Positions 1-12,600 of a stretch of 64,000 nt of DNA are shown here, piece after piece. Source of the stretch: Anolis carolinensis (Eukaryota); assembly GCF_035594765.1 (NCBI RefSeq), contig NC_085846.1, forward strand, positions 101,481,190 to 101,545,189, read 5' to 3'. The translations under genes were made by a program, and so were the position numbers. The notes under the pieces are model-generated. The model worked only from the letters and a program-made list of their open reading frames with translations, was not told where the DNA came from and did no database searches. Each line of letters starts with the position of its first letter. Position 1 is the stretch's first letter.

Positions 1-1149
1 GAACAATATTCTGGGAGGTTAAATTCAGGTATAGATGAGCAGCAACAGAAAGTTTAGCTAGAGAGATCTCTCCCTGCCTCATACTGAGTCTAGAAACTAT
101 CCAAAGCCACTTCAGCCCCACTTTCTTTCACAAGTTGTTTGACATGGTCCTTGCAAGCTCCTTCCAATCCCAGGGGTTTTAAAATAATGCCTTTCAGGTT
201 TTTGGTCTCATTCTCTGCTCCATGGAAACTCTCTGCTCTACAATTCCCTTTTTTAATTATCAAGTTCTAGTCTATGGAATCCTAGGATTTGTAGTTTAGG
301 AAACAACATTTTTTACTCGCAACCAGAGAATTCTAGAACCCCCCAACTGCAAACCCTACGAAATTGCTCTAGACGTTAAGTGGAATTATGTAATGTGAAA
401 GGACCCCAAGGCTACAATGACTGAATATGCAAAAGAGGAGAAGAGCATTTTTGCACCTTTCTTCATTGTGTGAATGAGAAGAGCTCAACATGGGTTGCTT
501 GCATAACAGGCTATGATTGCTTCACCGCACAGCTATTAAAAGCGCACAAGCATTGCTCTCTTTCTCATGCATCCATTCCAGGTGATTTGGTGGCTCTAAA
601 GTTTCAGGATTAATTGACAGACTCTTTGCCTTGCAATAACCAGCAGCAAAGGAAGTGAGGTCCAGAAATGCTAGCCAGAAACTAAGTGCCTGGCTGAGAA
701 GTCAGGAAAAAAATCCTTTCCAAAAAGAACTAGAGAAAGTCAGAGCTCCACATAATGCTTCAAGTGAAAAGAATGAGGCAGTTTTTCTCAACCTGATCCC
801 CTGCAGATATATAGGGCTGAAACACGTGTTATCTCTTGCAAGCACAACATCAAGCAATGCTGTTTGTTTGTGAATGATGAATGTAGTCTAAAACATTTGG
901 CAGACACATATTTGGGAAGGACCTGGCAAGGCATGGAGCAAAGCTTATTCTCCACTTCTAGTTGTTTTTCTGTCTTAAAATGCATCTACTGGTCCTGAAA
1001 AAGACAGAAAAGGCAAACGTGTGTGCCATTAGGAGGAAAAAATGGGGAATGTGTCTGTGACGCAGCCCCCACAACCCCTGGCAATTGCTGGATGTTGTTC
1101 TGTAGTATCTCTAAAATTCATAAGTATAAACCATAACATGGGAAACGTG

Positions 1150-1555
1150 GGAAACTAACACCTCATTATCTTTATTTGGAGGAACAAACCCAATTATTCC
1201 TCTGTTGTCCCACGTTTTCAGGTGCAATTAAATGTCCCAGTTTTTCTCCTTTCCCCTTTGTCTTCTGCTTACTTTAACTGGCAAAAAGTGAGTTCTAAGT
1301 ACCAAAAATAGTTTGCATTCAATGAACTCAGAAAGAGGAGAGGAGGAGGCAGAATCTTGTAGACTCATGCAAATGCAAACCATTGCAGCCTTTTTTTTTT
1401 AGGTGTGTTCTTCCAAGTTAGTAACACTTGTCATGTCAACCTGACTGCAATGTTTGCCAAATAAAGCAGACACTTTTATTTGACAAACAGGTTCTATCCC
1501 ACCCAGCAGCTAATATATATTCCAGTTTTCACCTTTAAACAGTTTGAGGGTATGG
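1150..1555. mobile_element. Old decayed non-autonomous DNA transposon; related copies ~7125-7475 and ~10405-10740
   Basis: Copies share 'tcccac..ttcagctg..ttaaa' and an end like 'gttttcatctg..aaat....gagggtatg'; too decayed for TSDs. Confidence 0.45.
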
Positions 1556-1979
1556 AACCTGCTTATCAAATACAAGTTTCGATTTTCCCAGTTCCTGCTG
1601 TGACAAGCCATGGCTTATCTCTCGAAGGAAGAACGGTGTCTCTGTAGTAGCAGGGCAAACCCCAAGCAATACATTCAGTCATGGATATAGACTGCCTCCT
1701 ACTGACCATGCAAAAAATATCCACACCACTGGAGACAGAAATCTCAGGACAGGTAAGTCCCAGTTTCCCAAGTTCACATTTTGCACTTTGGTTTTATTTT
1801 GCTGTTTATCATGAGCCAGCAGGTGCATGTCTCAGCATACCATATGTAAAAAAAAAAAGGCAGAGAACACTTCTCCTACAGCTAACCTTCTGATCATCTT
1901 CCTATCTAGAAATATTGTGGTGACCGGCCCATAAGGGACAATTGGGACATGTGTAAGGAGATGTTAAAATATTAAATCT

Positions 1980-2160
1980 TGTTGCTATATGCCTTCCAAT
2001 CGCATGGTGACCTTATGCCAAACCTATAACAAGGTTTGCTCGGTAAGATTTGTTCAGAGGAAGGTTGCCATTGCCTTCCTATGTGGTGGAGAGAGTATGA
2101 CTTTCCCAAGGTCACACGGTAGAGGGAGAATTCATGCTTAAACTTGAGTCCCATCTCCAG
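1980..2160 (-). mobile_element. CORE/MIR-like tRNA SINE with RTE-like tail; relatives ~2825-3030, ~14755-14830 (+), ~23460-23600, ~44320-44500
   Basis: 'aagatttgttcagaggaaggttgccattgccttcct..gagagagtatgactttcccaaggtcac' recurs in the listed copies. Confidence 0.65.
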
Positions 2161-2271
2161 GATCTATCTTAGCATTCCAGACTGTGAAAAAATATTTATG
2201 GTCCCAAGCATTTTGGATAAAGGATACTCAACCTGAGTTTATAGTACATCTGGACTAGTTGTAAGGCAGAG

Positions 2272-2675
2272 TCATAGCATCATAGTTGGAAAAGACTACA
2301 AGGGCAATCCAGTCCAACCCCCTGCCATGCACAATCAAAGCATTCCTGACAGATGCTTTGGCTATCCACCCTCTGGTTAAAAACCTTGAGATAAGGAGAT
2401 TCCACCACGCTGAGAGGCAGCATATCCCAATGCAGAACAGCTCTTACCGTCCTTCCTAATGTTTAGGTGGCATCACTTTTCCTGCAGTGTGAATCCATTG
2501 CTCCATGTCTCCAGAGCAGCACAAAACACCTTGTCCCCTTCTTGATGTGACATCCTTCCAAATATTTAAACATGGCTATCATGTCCCCTCTCCGCCTTTT
2601 TTCTCTCTCCAAGCTAAACATACCCAGCTCCCTAAGCCGTTCCTCATAGGGCTTGGCTTCCAAACCTTTGATCAG
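2272..2675 (-). mobile_element. CR1 LINE 3' fragment
   Basis: ORF 2463-2705 encodes [35 protein letters not shown] (CR1 ORF2 C-terminus); tail-like 'catagcatcatag' at left. Confidence 0.9.
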
Positions 2676-2689
2676 TGCCTGCTGGTCCT

Positions 2690-2750
2690 TGGTTGCCCTC
2701 TCCAAGTATCAACTGGAGCTGCCCCTACTTAGCTTCCAAGATCAGATATG
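2690..2750 (-). mobile_element. 5S rRNA-derived fragment (decayed SINE3 head)
   Basis: 'ccaagtatcaactggagctgcccctacttagcttccaagatcaga' resembles the reverse complement of the 5S internal control region. Confidence 0.6.
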
Positions 2751-3081
2751 TAGACACTTAATTGGAAGAGGCCTTCAGAAGAAAGAAGCCTTCTGAAGAC
2801 AATCTCCAAGGAGGGATTGTGTGTTTGTGTAGCTGTCCACCTTCATTTCCAGTTTATGGTGATTCTGAGTCAACTGTATCATTGCATTTTCTTTGCAAGA
2901 TTTGTTCAAAGGGAGTTTCCCATTGCCTTCTTCCAGGCTTGAGAGAGTGTGACTGGTCTAGGTACACTCAATGTGTTTACATGACTGAGTAAAGAGTCAA
3001 ATCCTGGTATCCTAATTCAGCAATATTATCATTATGTCATGTTGTCCCTTGAGAAGAAGACTGCCCTCAATAAAAAAAAGC

Positions 3082-3122
<41 letters not shown>
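3082..3122. repeat. (TTG)n microsatellite
   Basis: About 13 perfect units. Confidence 0.98.
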
Positions 3123-3957
3123 ATGCCACATGATACTATGTCAATGCTTGTTATACAAAACTATCATTCCCATCTCTCTACTAAAATAATGATTTTTCTT
3201 TCTGTCTCCTATGAAAACAAGCATCGGACAACACCATATGCCTTGCGTGCAAATGTTTTTGGAAGGAAATATCCTAAATGGGTGGTGCTTCCAAGCAGAG
3301 AGGACATGACCTGGGATTATTTGCTCACTTCAGATACTTGCTTTTCTCTCCACTCCGGGTCAGAGAGTCATATTTGGCTAAACTCTGTCTAAACAAAGAT
3401 TAAAGAGAACATAAATAGTGCGGCTTAGCTTTATCGTCCACTGACAACATAACTGCATAGATAACAGGGACTCTATAAAATGGTCGATTCCTGGGGAGGT
3501 TTATAAAAGATGCAACCCAGGCACAGATAGGGCAAGCCAGCAGGGAAAGAACTTTCCCTTTCAAAGAGCCTCCATAATGCTAATTAAAATCGTATTATCA
3601 ATACACCATCCAGTGAAAGAGACAACATAAGCAGATCTGGTTTTAATCTGAGACTGAGCGTATATAGAACAACATGGTTTCAAGCCTAGTGAAATTGTAT
3701 TTTTGGTCTCAAAATTAGTGAATATGATAGAGGAGGAAGACATGAAAGTTCAGGGGTTGTTTATTATACTGCATATTATCATTATTATTACAAGCAAGTC
3801 CGCTTCTGTGGAGAGAGAGTAATTACGCCATGTAATTTTTGCAACACTCTTTAAGGTAAGCCAGGTGGAGAAAGAACAACTTGTCCATTCTGGTCTGTGG
3901 AAATCTCATGGCTGAGATAAAGCATGACTTGATGTGTTCCAATGATAGGGGATGCTA

Positions 3958-4168
3958 GATGCATCTACACTGTAGAATGAATGCAGTTTGACACCACTTT
4001 AATAGCTATGGCCCAGTGCTATGGAATTGTGACAGTTGTAGTTTGACGAGTTATTTAGCCTTCACTGCCAAAGTTATTTAGCCTTCTCTGCCAAACTACG
4101 AATCCCAGGATCCCATACTATTGAACCATAAGAGTTAAAGTGGTCTCAAATTACATCAATTCTACACA
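3958..4168. mobile_element. Palindromic Harbinger/PIF-type MITE (family H1) with an internal 23-bp tandem duplication
   Basis: Arms 'gatgcatctacactgtagaatgaatgcagtttgacacc' / 'tacatcaattctacac'; 'agttatttagccttc(a/t)ctgccaa' occurs twice. Confidence 0.8.
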
Positions 4169-4782
4169 TTGTATTGTATTTAGGTTTTGCTTAGATGTTG
4201 CTTGGTATCCTAATGACAGCCTGGCTCTACAAGATTTTCCCTATATATCTTGTCCTTTGAGATGGGAATCATGCAACCTTTTTGATAGTGTTGGACTAGT
4301 ATTTCCAGTCCTCTGGCCAGCTGGAGGTTCGAGAAAGTGCAATTCAACTCATATGAAGAACTACAAAATTTCCATGCCTGGTGTAGGAGCAGGGTTAGGG
4401 TGTTTATATAGAAGATAATATTACATTACAAATATAGAACTTATATTTCTATTATTTTATACTATATTATATACCATTCTATCCTTTTTACGTGTCACTG
4501 TAGATTATAGACATCTGTGTATTTAGTTACTAGCCTATTCTCAACCATGTCCTAAACTATAGTTAATTCTAAGTACAGTTCTTGGTGTATGGATAATATG
4601 TAATCATGGCTAAAAATAGAAATAGTTTTCTGATTTTATTTATAGGTTGATTGATTGATTGATTGCTTTTATCAAAGGAGGCACACAAATCCAAAGCACA
4701 TACACATGAGTGATTATGATTTACCATTAGGTATGATGATCCAGGTCACTGTGACTCACAAGCAATCTTTGTGACAGTCTTG

Positions 4783-4878
4783 AGGTGGATCTACACTGAC
4801 CATATAATGCAGTTTAACTGCATGATATGGGTCTACACTGACCATATAATGCAGATTCAAACTGCATTATATGGCAAT
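4783..4878. mobile_element. Partial Harbinger-type MITE (family H2); fuller copy at ~46500-46654
   Basis: Repeated 'ctacactgaccatataatgcag' and inverted 'ctgcattatatgg'; the 46.5-kb copy ends 'cagtgtaaattcagcc|tta'. Confidence 0.7.
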
Positions 4879-4960
4879 CTTCAGATTTTGTAATTCAAAG
4901 CAGGATCCCCCACCCCATTAAAAACAGGGGGGTGATTGCAATAGAAGAAAGGCTTTGCAA

Positions 4961-4977
4961 TAGCACCATCTACTGGA
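4961..4977 (-). promoter_or_regulatory. Candidate CTCF core site
   Basis: Minus strand reads TCCAGTAGATGGTGCTA, close to CCASYAGRKGGCRS (one mismatch, T for C); motif match only. Confidence 0.45.
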
Positions 4978-5626
4978 TGGACAATAGAAATGCTTAAATA
5001 TAATCTCCCAGTGCTGATAATAGCAGAGCTGCTATAAAAGTTCCTTTCCTCCCCATACAAATTCCTCTTGTTGTTGTGTGTGTTCTACTCCATATTTGGG
5101 CTGCAGAAAAATCCCTTTACAGAATAATAGAAAGAGTAGAGGAGGCACAATGGCAAAGTCATGAGATTTCTGCATTCCTCGCTACCTGCCATTACCTGGT
5201 AACTTTCATTTATTCTAGAAGAGCCCTCTTGTTGGGAAACTAGGCTGGGCAATAACAGGAACTGGTCTGATTCCACAAGTTACAAATGTTGCTGTGAACA
5301 AATAAAAGCTTCTTTGTTTCTTGCCCTCAGCTGAGTCTCTTTAAGATGCTGCCAAGGTAGCAATTAAAAGCAGCTGGAGGTATCTGGAGAGCCCAGACTT
5401 TGTTATATAATACACATCAAATGGTAAAAAAAAAAAGGAAAAACCTGGACCAGGCAAGGTACCGATGAAATCCAATCTCTATAAGGTATCTATACATGTG
5501 GGATATGCTTTAGCATGTAGAGGTGCACAAGGCATTGAGAATTCCCTACTAGAGAGCTTCTCTCATTGCACACAAAATGATAAACCATGAATGTTGCTAA
5601 GGCACTTAAAATTGAATTGTAGTGCT

Positions 5627-6195
5627 ATCATAGAATCATAGAGTTGGAAGAGATCTCGTGGGCCATCCAGACCAACCCCATTCTGCCAAGAAGCAAGAAA
5701 ATCGCATTCAAAGCATCCCCAACAGATGGCCATCCAGGCTCTGCTTAAAAGCCTCCAAAGAAGGAGCCTCCACCGCACTCCGGGGCAGAGAGTTCCACTG
5801 CTGAACAGCTCTCACAGTGAGGAAGTTCTTCCTGATGTTCAGGTGGAATCTCCTTTCCTGCAGTTTGAAGCCATTTTTCTGCGACCTAGTCTCCAGGGCA
5901 GCAGAAAACAAGCTTGCTTCCTCTTCCCTATGATGTCCCCTCACATATTTATACATAGCCATCATGTCTCCTCTCAGCCTCCTCTTCTGCAGGCTAAACA
6001 TGCCCAGCTCTTTAAGCCGCTCCTCATTGGGTTTGTTCTCCAGGCCCTTGATCATTTTAGTCACCCTCCTCTGGACACATTCCAGCCTGTCAATATCTCA
6101 CTTCAATTGCGGTGCACAGAATAGGACACTGCATTCCAGGTGTGGTCTGACCAAGGCAGAATAGAGGGGTAGCATGAACTTCCCTGGATCATGGA
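5627..6195 (-). mobile_element. CR1 LINE, 5'-truncated, relatively young
   Basis: ORF 5708-6064 encodes MIKGLENKPNEERLKELGMFSLQKRRLRGDM..FHLNIRKNFLTVRAVQQWNSLP; (ATTCTATG)n tail seen as 'atcatagaatcatag'. Confidence 0.95.
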
Positions 6196-7767
6196 TCTGA
6201 AGATGCCTATAAGATGTTTTGGTGGGCTGTTCTGCTTTGATCTTTGTGATGCTTTTGCATTGTAGCTCCCATAATCTTTCAGCAACGGCTATTTTATCTG
6301 GGGCTGATGGGAGGTGAACTGCAGTGACCTTTGGAAGACCAGAATTATATTGTACTGGTTTGTTTATACTTGTTTTATTGTTATCGATACTGAGTCAAAG
6401 TGACTCCTTTGAGAAGTTCCCTTTCCTGCTGTACCATGAGGCAGTGCAGTGCTCTCCAAATTATTTGGACTATATGTTCCATCATATCAAACCAGTGACC
6501 ATGATCATGGTGGCTTGTGGAAGATATAGTTCAAAATGTTTGGAAGACAATATGTTGCCTAGTGAATGGTTAAAATAACACTAACTGGGTTGGTTTTATT
6601 AGGACTCCAAGAACAGAGGCTTAACAATCCATCTGGGAACAGAGCCAGACTCACAATGAGGCTTGCATTAAACAATGGCTTTGGAAACATGTAGAGTCCA
6701 GCAGAGCTTATTCCCAGGATTTGAACCTTAATTCGTGCTGCAAGATTGAGTCTACTGTTCTTGCCATAAAGATTCCTTCTCCAAGCAAGACAGGGCTAGT
6801 GCTGTGGGCCATTAAGAACTGCAGGAGTAGTACTTGTAACATCGAGGAGTCCAGCACTGGCAAGAGATTGGAGAAGGCTAGACATTCCTTGCGGTCCCTT
6901 TCAGCTCCGTATTTCTGGCACTGCTTGCCCTAACTTTGAATGAACCACATATTTCCTGTTGCAAACAGCAAGATTTAATAAGCAGTTGTAATAAACCTCC
7001 ATTCAGCCAGGATGTTGTCATTAATATGGCCTTTCCTTCCCAGTGTTTGAATTATGGGAGAAAACACAAGGGTCCTTTATGAAATCCCATCCTCACTTCC
7101 ATTTTGGTTAAATAATGTTTTCTCTTCCAAACCCATAGAGACTTTCCCAACCTCATAGAAATCTCATACTTTTGGATTTGGCAGCGACAGTCCCTCATTC
7201 ATCCTCTCTCATCCCACTTCATCAGCTGCTTTTAAAAATGCCCTTCCTCCAGCCTTCCCCATTTGTGCTCAACATTTGCTGCAAAGTTCAGAGTAGTTTG
7301 CACTCAGTTTACTCCCCTTCCCAGTAGGTGCAGGGAGGGAGATGTAAACTACTGCAGCCTTTCCGAGCTTGTGCATTCTTCCACATTAATAACGTTTGTC
7401 ATCTTGACCACACTCTGGTGTCGCTTGCCCACATCTATCCTAGTTTTCATCTGTGCAATGCTGGCTGGAATATAATCTGAGTAATATCTCGTTGCTTTGA
7501 AAACTTCTACTGAAAATGCATATCCTTCATTTTCAAAGCCTGCGAGAACATATGGATCTTCAGACAATCTTGGATCACAACATCCATGAATCCTAACCAA
7601 CCATGGTGCATGATGAGCTCTACAGTCCAACATCAGCTGGAAGGCCACAAGTTCCCTGTCCCTGCTAGACACACTGAACCCTCTTATTTAGGAGTATGCT
7701 GATACACTGTAATGTTAGAAATACATATATGAATGTTACCTTCAAATCTGGAAAACATCATTTCATG

Positions 7768-8169
7768 TAGTGGCCGTGGTGCCACAATGAGTTAAACCGC
7801 TGAGCTGCTGAACTTGCTGACCAGAAGGTTGGCGGTTCAAATCTGCGGGATGGGGTGAGCTCCCACTGTTAGCCCCAGCTTTTGCCAAACTAGCAGTTCA
7901 AAAACATGCAAATGTGAGTAGATCAATAGGTACTGCTTCTGCAGGAAGGCAACGGTGCTCCATGCAGTCATGATGGCCACATGACCTTGGAGGTGTCTAC
8001 AGACAACACAGGCTCTTCCGCTTAGAAATGGAGATGAGCACCAACCCCCAGAGCCAGAAGGGGAAGACTTTACCTTTATCTGTGTTATGGTTGTTTCTAG
8101 GTATTGCCTTTGTGTTTGTGTATGCTGGAATCTGCCCCTGGGGAGATAGGGAGGAATACAAATAAATAA

Positions 8170-8222
<53 letters not shown>
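7768..8222 (+). mobile_element. Sauria-type SINE followed by an L2-like 3' tail and (ATT)n
   Basis: tRNA-like head with B box 'ggttcaaatc'; body 'gtgagtagatcaataggtac..ggagatgagcacc'; 'ctttaccttt' end; then 'gcccctggggagatagggaggaatacaaataaa' and (TTA)n at ~8171-8222. Confidence 0.9.
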
Positions 8223-8223
<1 letters not shown>

Positions 8224-8703
8224 GCTAAGATAGAACTCAGTGTTCCATGAAATGATACAGTCCTCCAATAGACCCTGGAGATTTCACTTCTCAATTCTGT
8301 ATTAGTCTGTTTCCTTATATATTGGTTTTGATGGTCCTTCTGTCTCATTTTAAGAAAGAGGTTAATTGCTATGCTCTAGATTTAGAGTTGACAACTGATC
8401 AGAATGTGGTCTTTGATCCAAAGGAATCTTAAGATTACTTAATGATAATTTTGTATCTTTTATGGCAGCTAATTTTTGAAAGAAGACCTATCGATACACC
8501 TATAACTTCAAAATGTTTCAAAGGATAAGCCATCAAACTTCTTAGTCCACACTCCAGTTCAAGGAATGAGGCTATTTCATAAAAATTAAGGCTTGGGGTG
8601 GTGAAAAAGCAGAGAGTGGAGATCGAGATACATTTTGGGGTGCAAGGACCTTTTGTTTCTGCAATTTGGAGTCAGTTGTCTTGCCTAGAACATACTGTGT
8701 ATA

Positions 8704-8913
8704 CAGGCAGTCCCCAAGTTCAAAATCCAGCAATCACAGGGACAGAAAGTGAGGTGAAATCTTCTGATCAGGGGCACAGACAGCAAAACAAACACCACTG
8801 GGATGTTAACCCTTCCTTATGCTATCCAAAGTTAATACATATACACATACACACACAACTTACATACAAGTTCAACTTTAGAACAAACTTCTTCTTAACA
8901 TGGGGACTGCCAG
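8704..8913. mobile_element. Tc1/mariner (Tigger-like) MITE
   Basis: TA|caggcagtccccaagtt ... aacatggggactgccag|TA: inverted termini with a TA TSD. Confidence 0.85.
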
Positions 8914-9574
8914 TATATTTTATGTATTTAATTTATTTATATGCCATGTTTCTACTGGATTAGGACCCATGGTGGCTCACAGAAGAATAAACTAAAACGA
9001 CACAATTCTAAAACACAATAAAATATCATTTAATTTGGAACATACTTTATAAAGTGCCACACGTCTTTAGAAGAGCTTAGGAAATGTTGATCTACAGATG
9101 TTTTCACACTGCAAGTTATACCACTGTAATTCCACTTTAATGATCAAGGCTACTCTTTATGGATTTGTAGTCTGGTGATGACGCACTAGAACACACTGGC
9201 AAAGAATTAAGTACTATTCCCTAAAATGCCTGTCCAGGGATTCCATATGATGAAACCACAGCAATTAATAGATGAATCATAGTGTTAAAATTGTGTGATG
9301 CTGATAAGGCCATATCGTTTCCAGAACCTCCAGCCAAAATGACATCAAGTTGTGGTAAATCAGGGTCAGCTTTGGTTGACCATTATGTTGTTTGTGGAAT
9401 AAAAGCATTTAAACTGGTTTTGCCCCTGACTCTGCTCCCAGCTGGATTGTTACGCTCTTGGAAAACTACGGTTCCCAGGATTCCATAGCATTGAACCATG
9501 GCAGTTAAGGTGTTGTCAAACTGCATTAATTCTACAGTGTAGGTGTGTCCTCATGAGATTCCAGAGGGAAATGA

Positions 9575-9576
<2 letters not shown>

Positions 9577-9629
<53 letters not shown>
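9577..9629. repeat. Compound (CA)n(TA)n microsatellite
   Basis: Directly visible. Confidence 0.97.
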
Positions 9630-10775
9630 TTCAATTGATTCATTGTTCTGGTAGTTTTAGTACTAAAAAGTGGTTTCTACAGACTCTGGTCTCCAGTGCT
9701 TTGTGTTACAAAATAATAGAACTCCCAAGTAAAGCTTCCCAGCGAACATCTCACCATTCAGGTTCAGAAGTGAAGGCAACACAACACAAGCTGCCTGTGC
9801 TCCTTGCTGTCTTCCACTCCTTCCTTTGGATTTGCCCCCCACTGTGTACATCGCAGGAAGAGTGAAGATGAATACCACGCTGAGCTCACCTCTCAAAAAC
9901 AAGCTCTTTAAGAAAAACCCTCTAACACCAATAAATCTCTGTTTAATGAAACAGGCCTCTCTATTGGTTTTCCAAGCTGAAGCTGAGCTGGGCCAGCTGC
10001 TGTTTGGCTGTGGCCAACAACAATAAGTGGGGGCTAATCGTTGTCGTGAGAATATCGGGGGAGTTTTTAGGAAAGGCTGGGGGTCCGTCTTCCACCCTCT
10101 CACATCTGCATTGGATTACAAGCTGATCCAGATCGTTTTGCTAAGATCAGCAGTGTTCTCGGGTGTCTTTATTTTATTAAACAAGAAACCACTAATTTAT
10201 TTTCTTGGACTTCAGTGTAAATAGATTTGAAATCTCCAATGTGAAATGCTCCGTGTTCTCCCCTGCCTGTCTCCCCCCCCAATAAGTTTCCTCCCACTTT
10301 AAGTCATATTATATGTTTTGAAATTAATCTCTTAAATTAGTCTTTGAATACATCAAGTGCATCTTCTAGTTCCTTCTTGAATAGCAATGGCACAAACAGG
10401 AATATCATGTATTCCAACTGTTCCAGTTTAGCATGGACAGTACTGATTAATTATCTGCTGTCCCACTTTTTCAGCTGTTTTTAAAATTGCCCGGTTTCTT
10501 GTTCTTCCTCCTGCTCTCCCCCGTTGTCATTAGGTTGATGCAAAGGAAGGGGAGGAGGAGGAGTTTTTCCCATCCCATTAGGATCAGGCAAAAGCCTCTC
10601 CTAGCTTATCTGTCCTTCCTCATTCATGATGTTTGCCATCTTGACCATGCTTTGACATTGCTTGACAAGTGAAAGTATAGTCAAGATGACAAACTTCCAT
10701 GTCCCAATTTTCATCTGCAAAATATCTGATGATATAGAATATGAATTTGTGCCCAAGTGCTGGAGTCTCTCAACC

Positions 10776-10910
10776 CAATGGTTCTCAACCTGGGGTCCTT
10801 AGATGTTTTTGGCTTTCAACTCCCAGAAATCCTAACAGCTGGTAAACCAGCTGGGATTTCTGGGAGTTGTAGGCCAAAAACATCTTGGGACCCCAGGTTG
10901 AGAACCACTA
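10776..10910. mobile_element. ~135-bp palindromic hAT MITE (family C1)
   Basis: caatggttctcaacctggggtc ... gaccccaggttgagaaccacta; same family as 19499, 26768 and 54714. Confidence 0.9.
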
Positions 10911-11697
10911 CCTTAAGCAATATCTTGGAAGAGAGTTTGAGGTTGTGGTCCCAAAAGGAATATTTCTAGGTTCTCTTTTCAGCCTTTGTGCTTGAAGAGT
11001 GAGATATAAATAAGTTCTAGTTGTACAGGATGCCATTCTAAAGCTAAGGTTAGTCCTTGACATCTAGTTTTGAAATATGTAACAGAAGAGGGAATACTTT
11101 TTTATTACTTTTGACTGCAGCTGCAGAGTATATTAAATGGGTAGGCAGAAGAGGTTTGGGAAGACGACTTAATTCCAGAGAAGCTTATGAGGAATGCTCA
11201 GAGAGATTACTGCTAAAATGCTCATGAGCAATTATGGAAAATATTGAGTAAATTGTTAAGCGGCCCAGCTGTATTCCTAAGAAGATGGCTAGCAGGTGGT
11301 AGTATCAGTATAATGCTCAACCTATTATGGGTCACTTTGATACCAGGAAGCAACCTTTTCTAACTTCTAAGGAATTCAACCTGGGAACACGTGAAGCGAA
11401 TGCTATTTCGATTTGCAACATAAATGTACACCCCAAGCAGAAAACCGATCTCTCTCGCTTTCTCAATGGAAAAGCATTTTGGAGGATGTAAATGAGGTGA
11501 AAGTTCCTGTATTTTGGAGTGTTTCTCCATTCGTGATAAAGTGTTTGGTTCTGAGCACTACAGTTCAGTAAGCTTGCCAGCAACTGGCAAGAAAACTTTG
11601 GTGATGTCAACAATGAGGTAAGAGTGGAGAAATGAGATATGTTGGTCCTAGGGTAAATATATAACAGTTTTCATATATTTAAAAGGGGGAGAACAAA

Positions 11698-12600
11698 TGA
11701 ATCACAGACTCTTAGAACAGTCCTGAAAGATGCCCATTCAACATCTGTTGCAAGACCTCAAAAATGAGTCCATCACCCGTCTAGGCAGTTTATGTTAGAT
11801 GTATGTGCTAAAGTTGTAAAAGGGCTCGGCCGTTTGACCAGAGACAAATTAATTCATTTGAAAGAGTTTAGACTTCCTTTAGCATAACATTGGCAGAGTA
11901 AAACACAACGGAATGAGCCGAGGTATAAAAGATGTAGGATAGCTTGTTTTGTAAAGAAATACAGGTAGAGTTAAGCTTATCTAAATGGTTGATCCCCCTT
12001 TAAGCACCCCCTTTAAGCATGTACGCAAAGGAATATATTCTCAGTACACCAGAAACAAAATACTCCACATCAAACTGGTTGATGTAATTAAAAGTTTATC
12101 GTACTCACAAAAGATTTGTGTAAAAGGGATCACACAGGTACAGAATAACTTCATTGTAGAATATCAAAACATATAGTCCAAAGGGTAGATGGTAAAGGAT
12201 AGATTTCTTAGCCTGAGCATTGACCTAAGGAAACAGGCCTATGCTGCATGCAAGCTACATAGCTGGAATGGATGACGATCACTTAAAGACGTCTTCTTCA
12301 AAGGACCACAAGGACAACAGAAGGACGTGACTAGCAAAACTACTACATTTCTAAAAGATGCTCGAAACCCCATGCAAATGTTAATTGAGGGTACCATAAA
12401 ACTGACAGGAAGGAAGGGAGGTAAGACAGAAACATGGAGACAAACCATTTTAATGTGCATGCAAAGATTGTTAGTTTCCCAACAGTTTATTCCACTGTCA
12501 ATCAGTTCTTATGATAAAGACATTCTTCCTAATGTTCAAGTGAAACCTCTTTTTATCATTTAAATACAGTGGTGTTCAGTCTAGTCTCTGAAGGAACAGA
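11698..12600 (-). mobile_element. Old CR1 3' fragment split by the LTR at 11793-12484
   Basis: Rejoined flanks 'ctaggcagttta|ttccactgtcaatcagttctt..ttcttcctaatgttcaagtgaaacctc' are colinear with the CR1 at ~5780-5860. Confidence 0.75.
11793..12484 (-). mobile_element. Solo LTR (692 bp), probably Gypsy or BEL type
   Basis: TGTTAG...CCAACA termini; perfect 5-bp TSD gttta (11788-11792, 12485-12489); no ORF; orientation tentatively from minus-strand 'gtgagtacgataaac' polyA-like signal. Confidence 0.85.

Noticed and set aside
1681-1758. ATG followed by a strong splice donor (CAG|GTAAGT)
   Set aside because: No recognisable protein and no partner exon
3039-8348. Poly-V, poly-N and poly-I ORFs
   Set aside because: Translations of trinucleotide microsatellites
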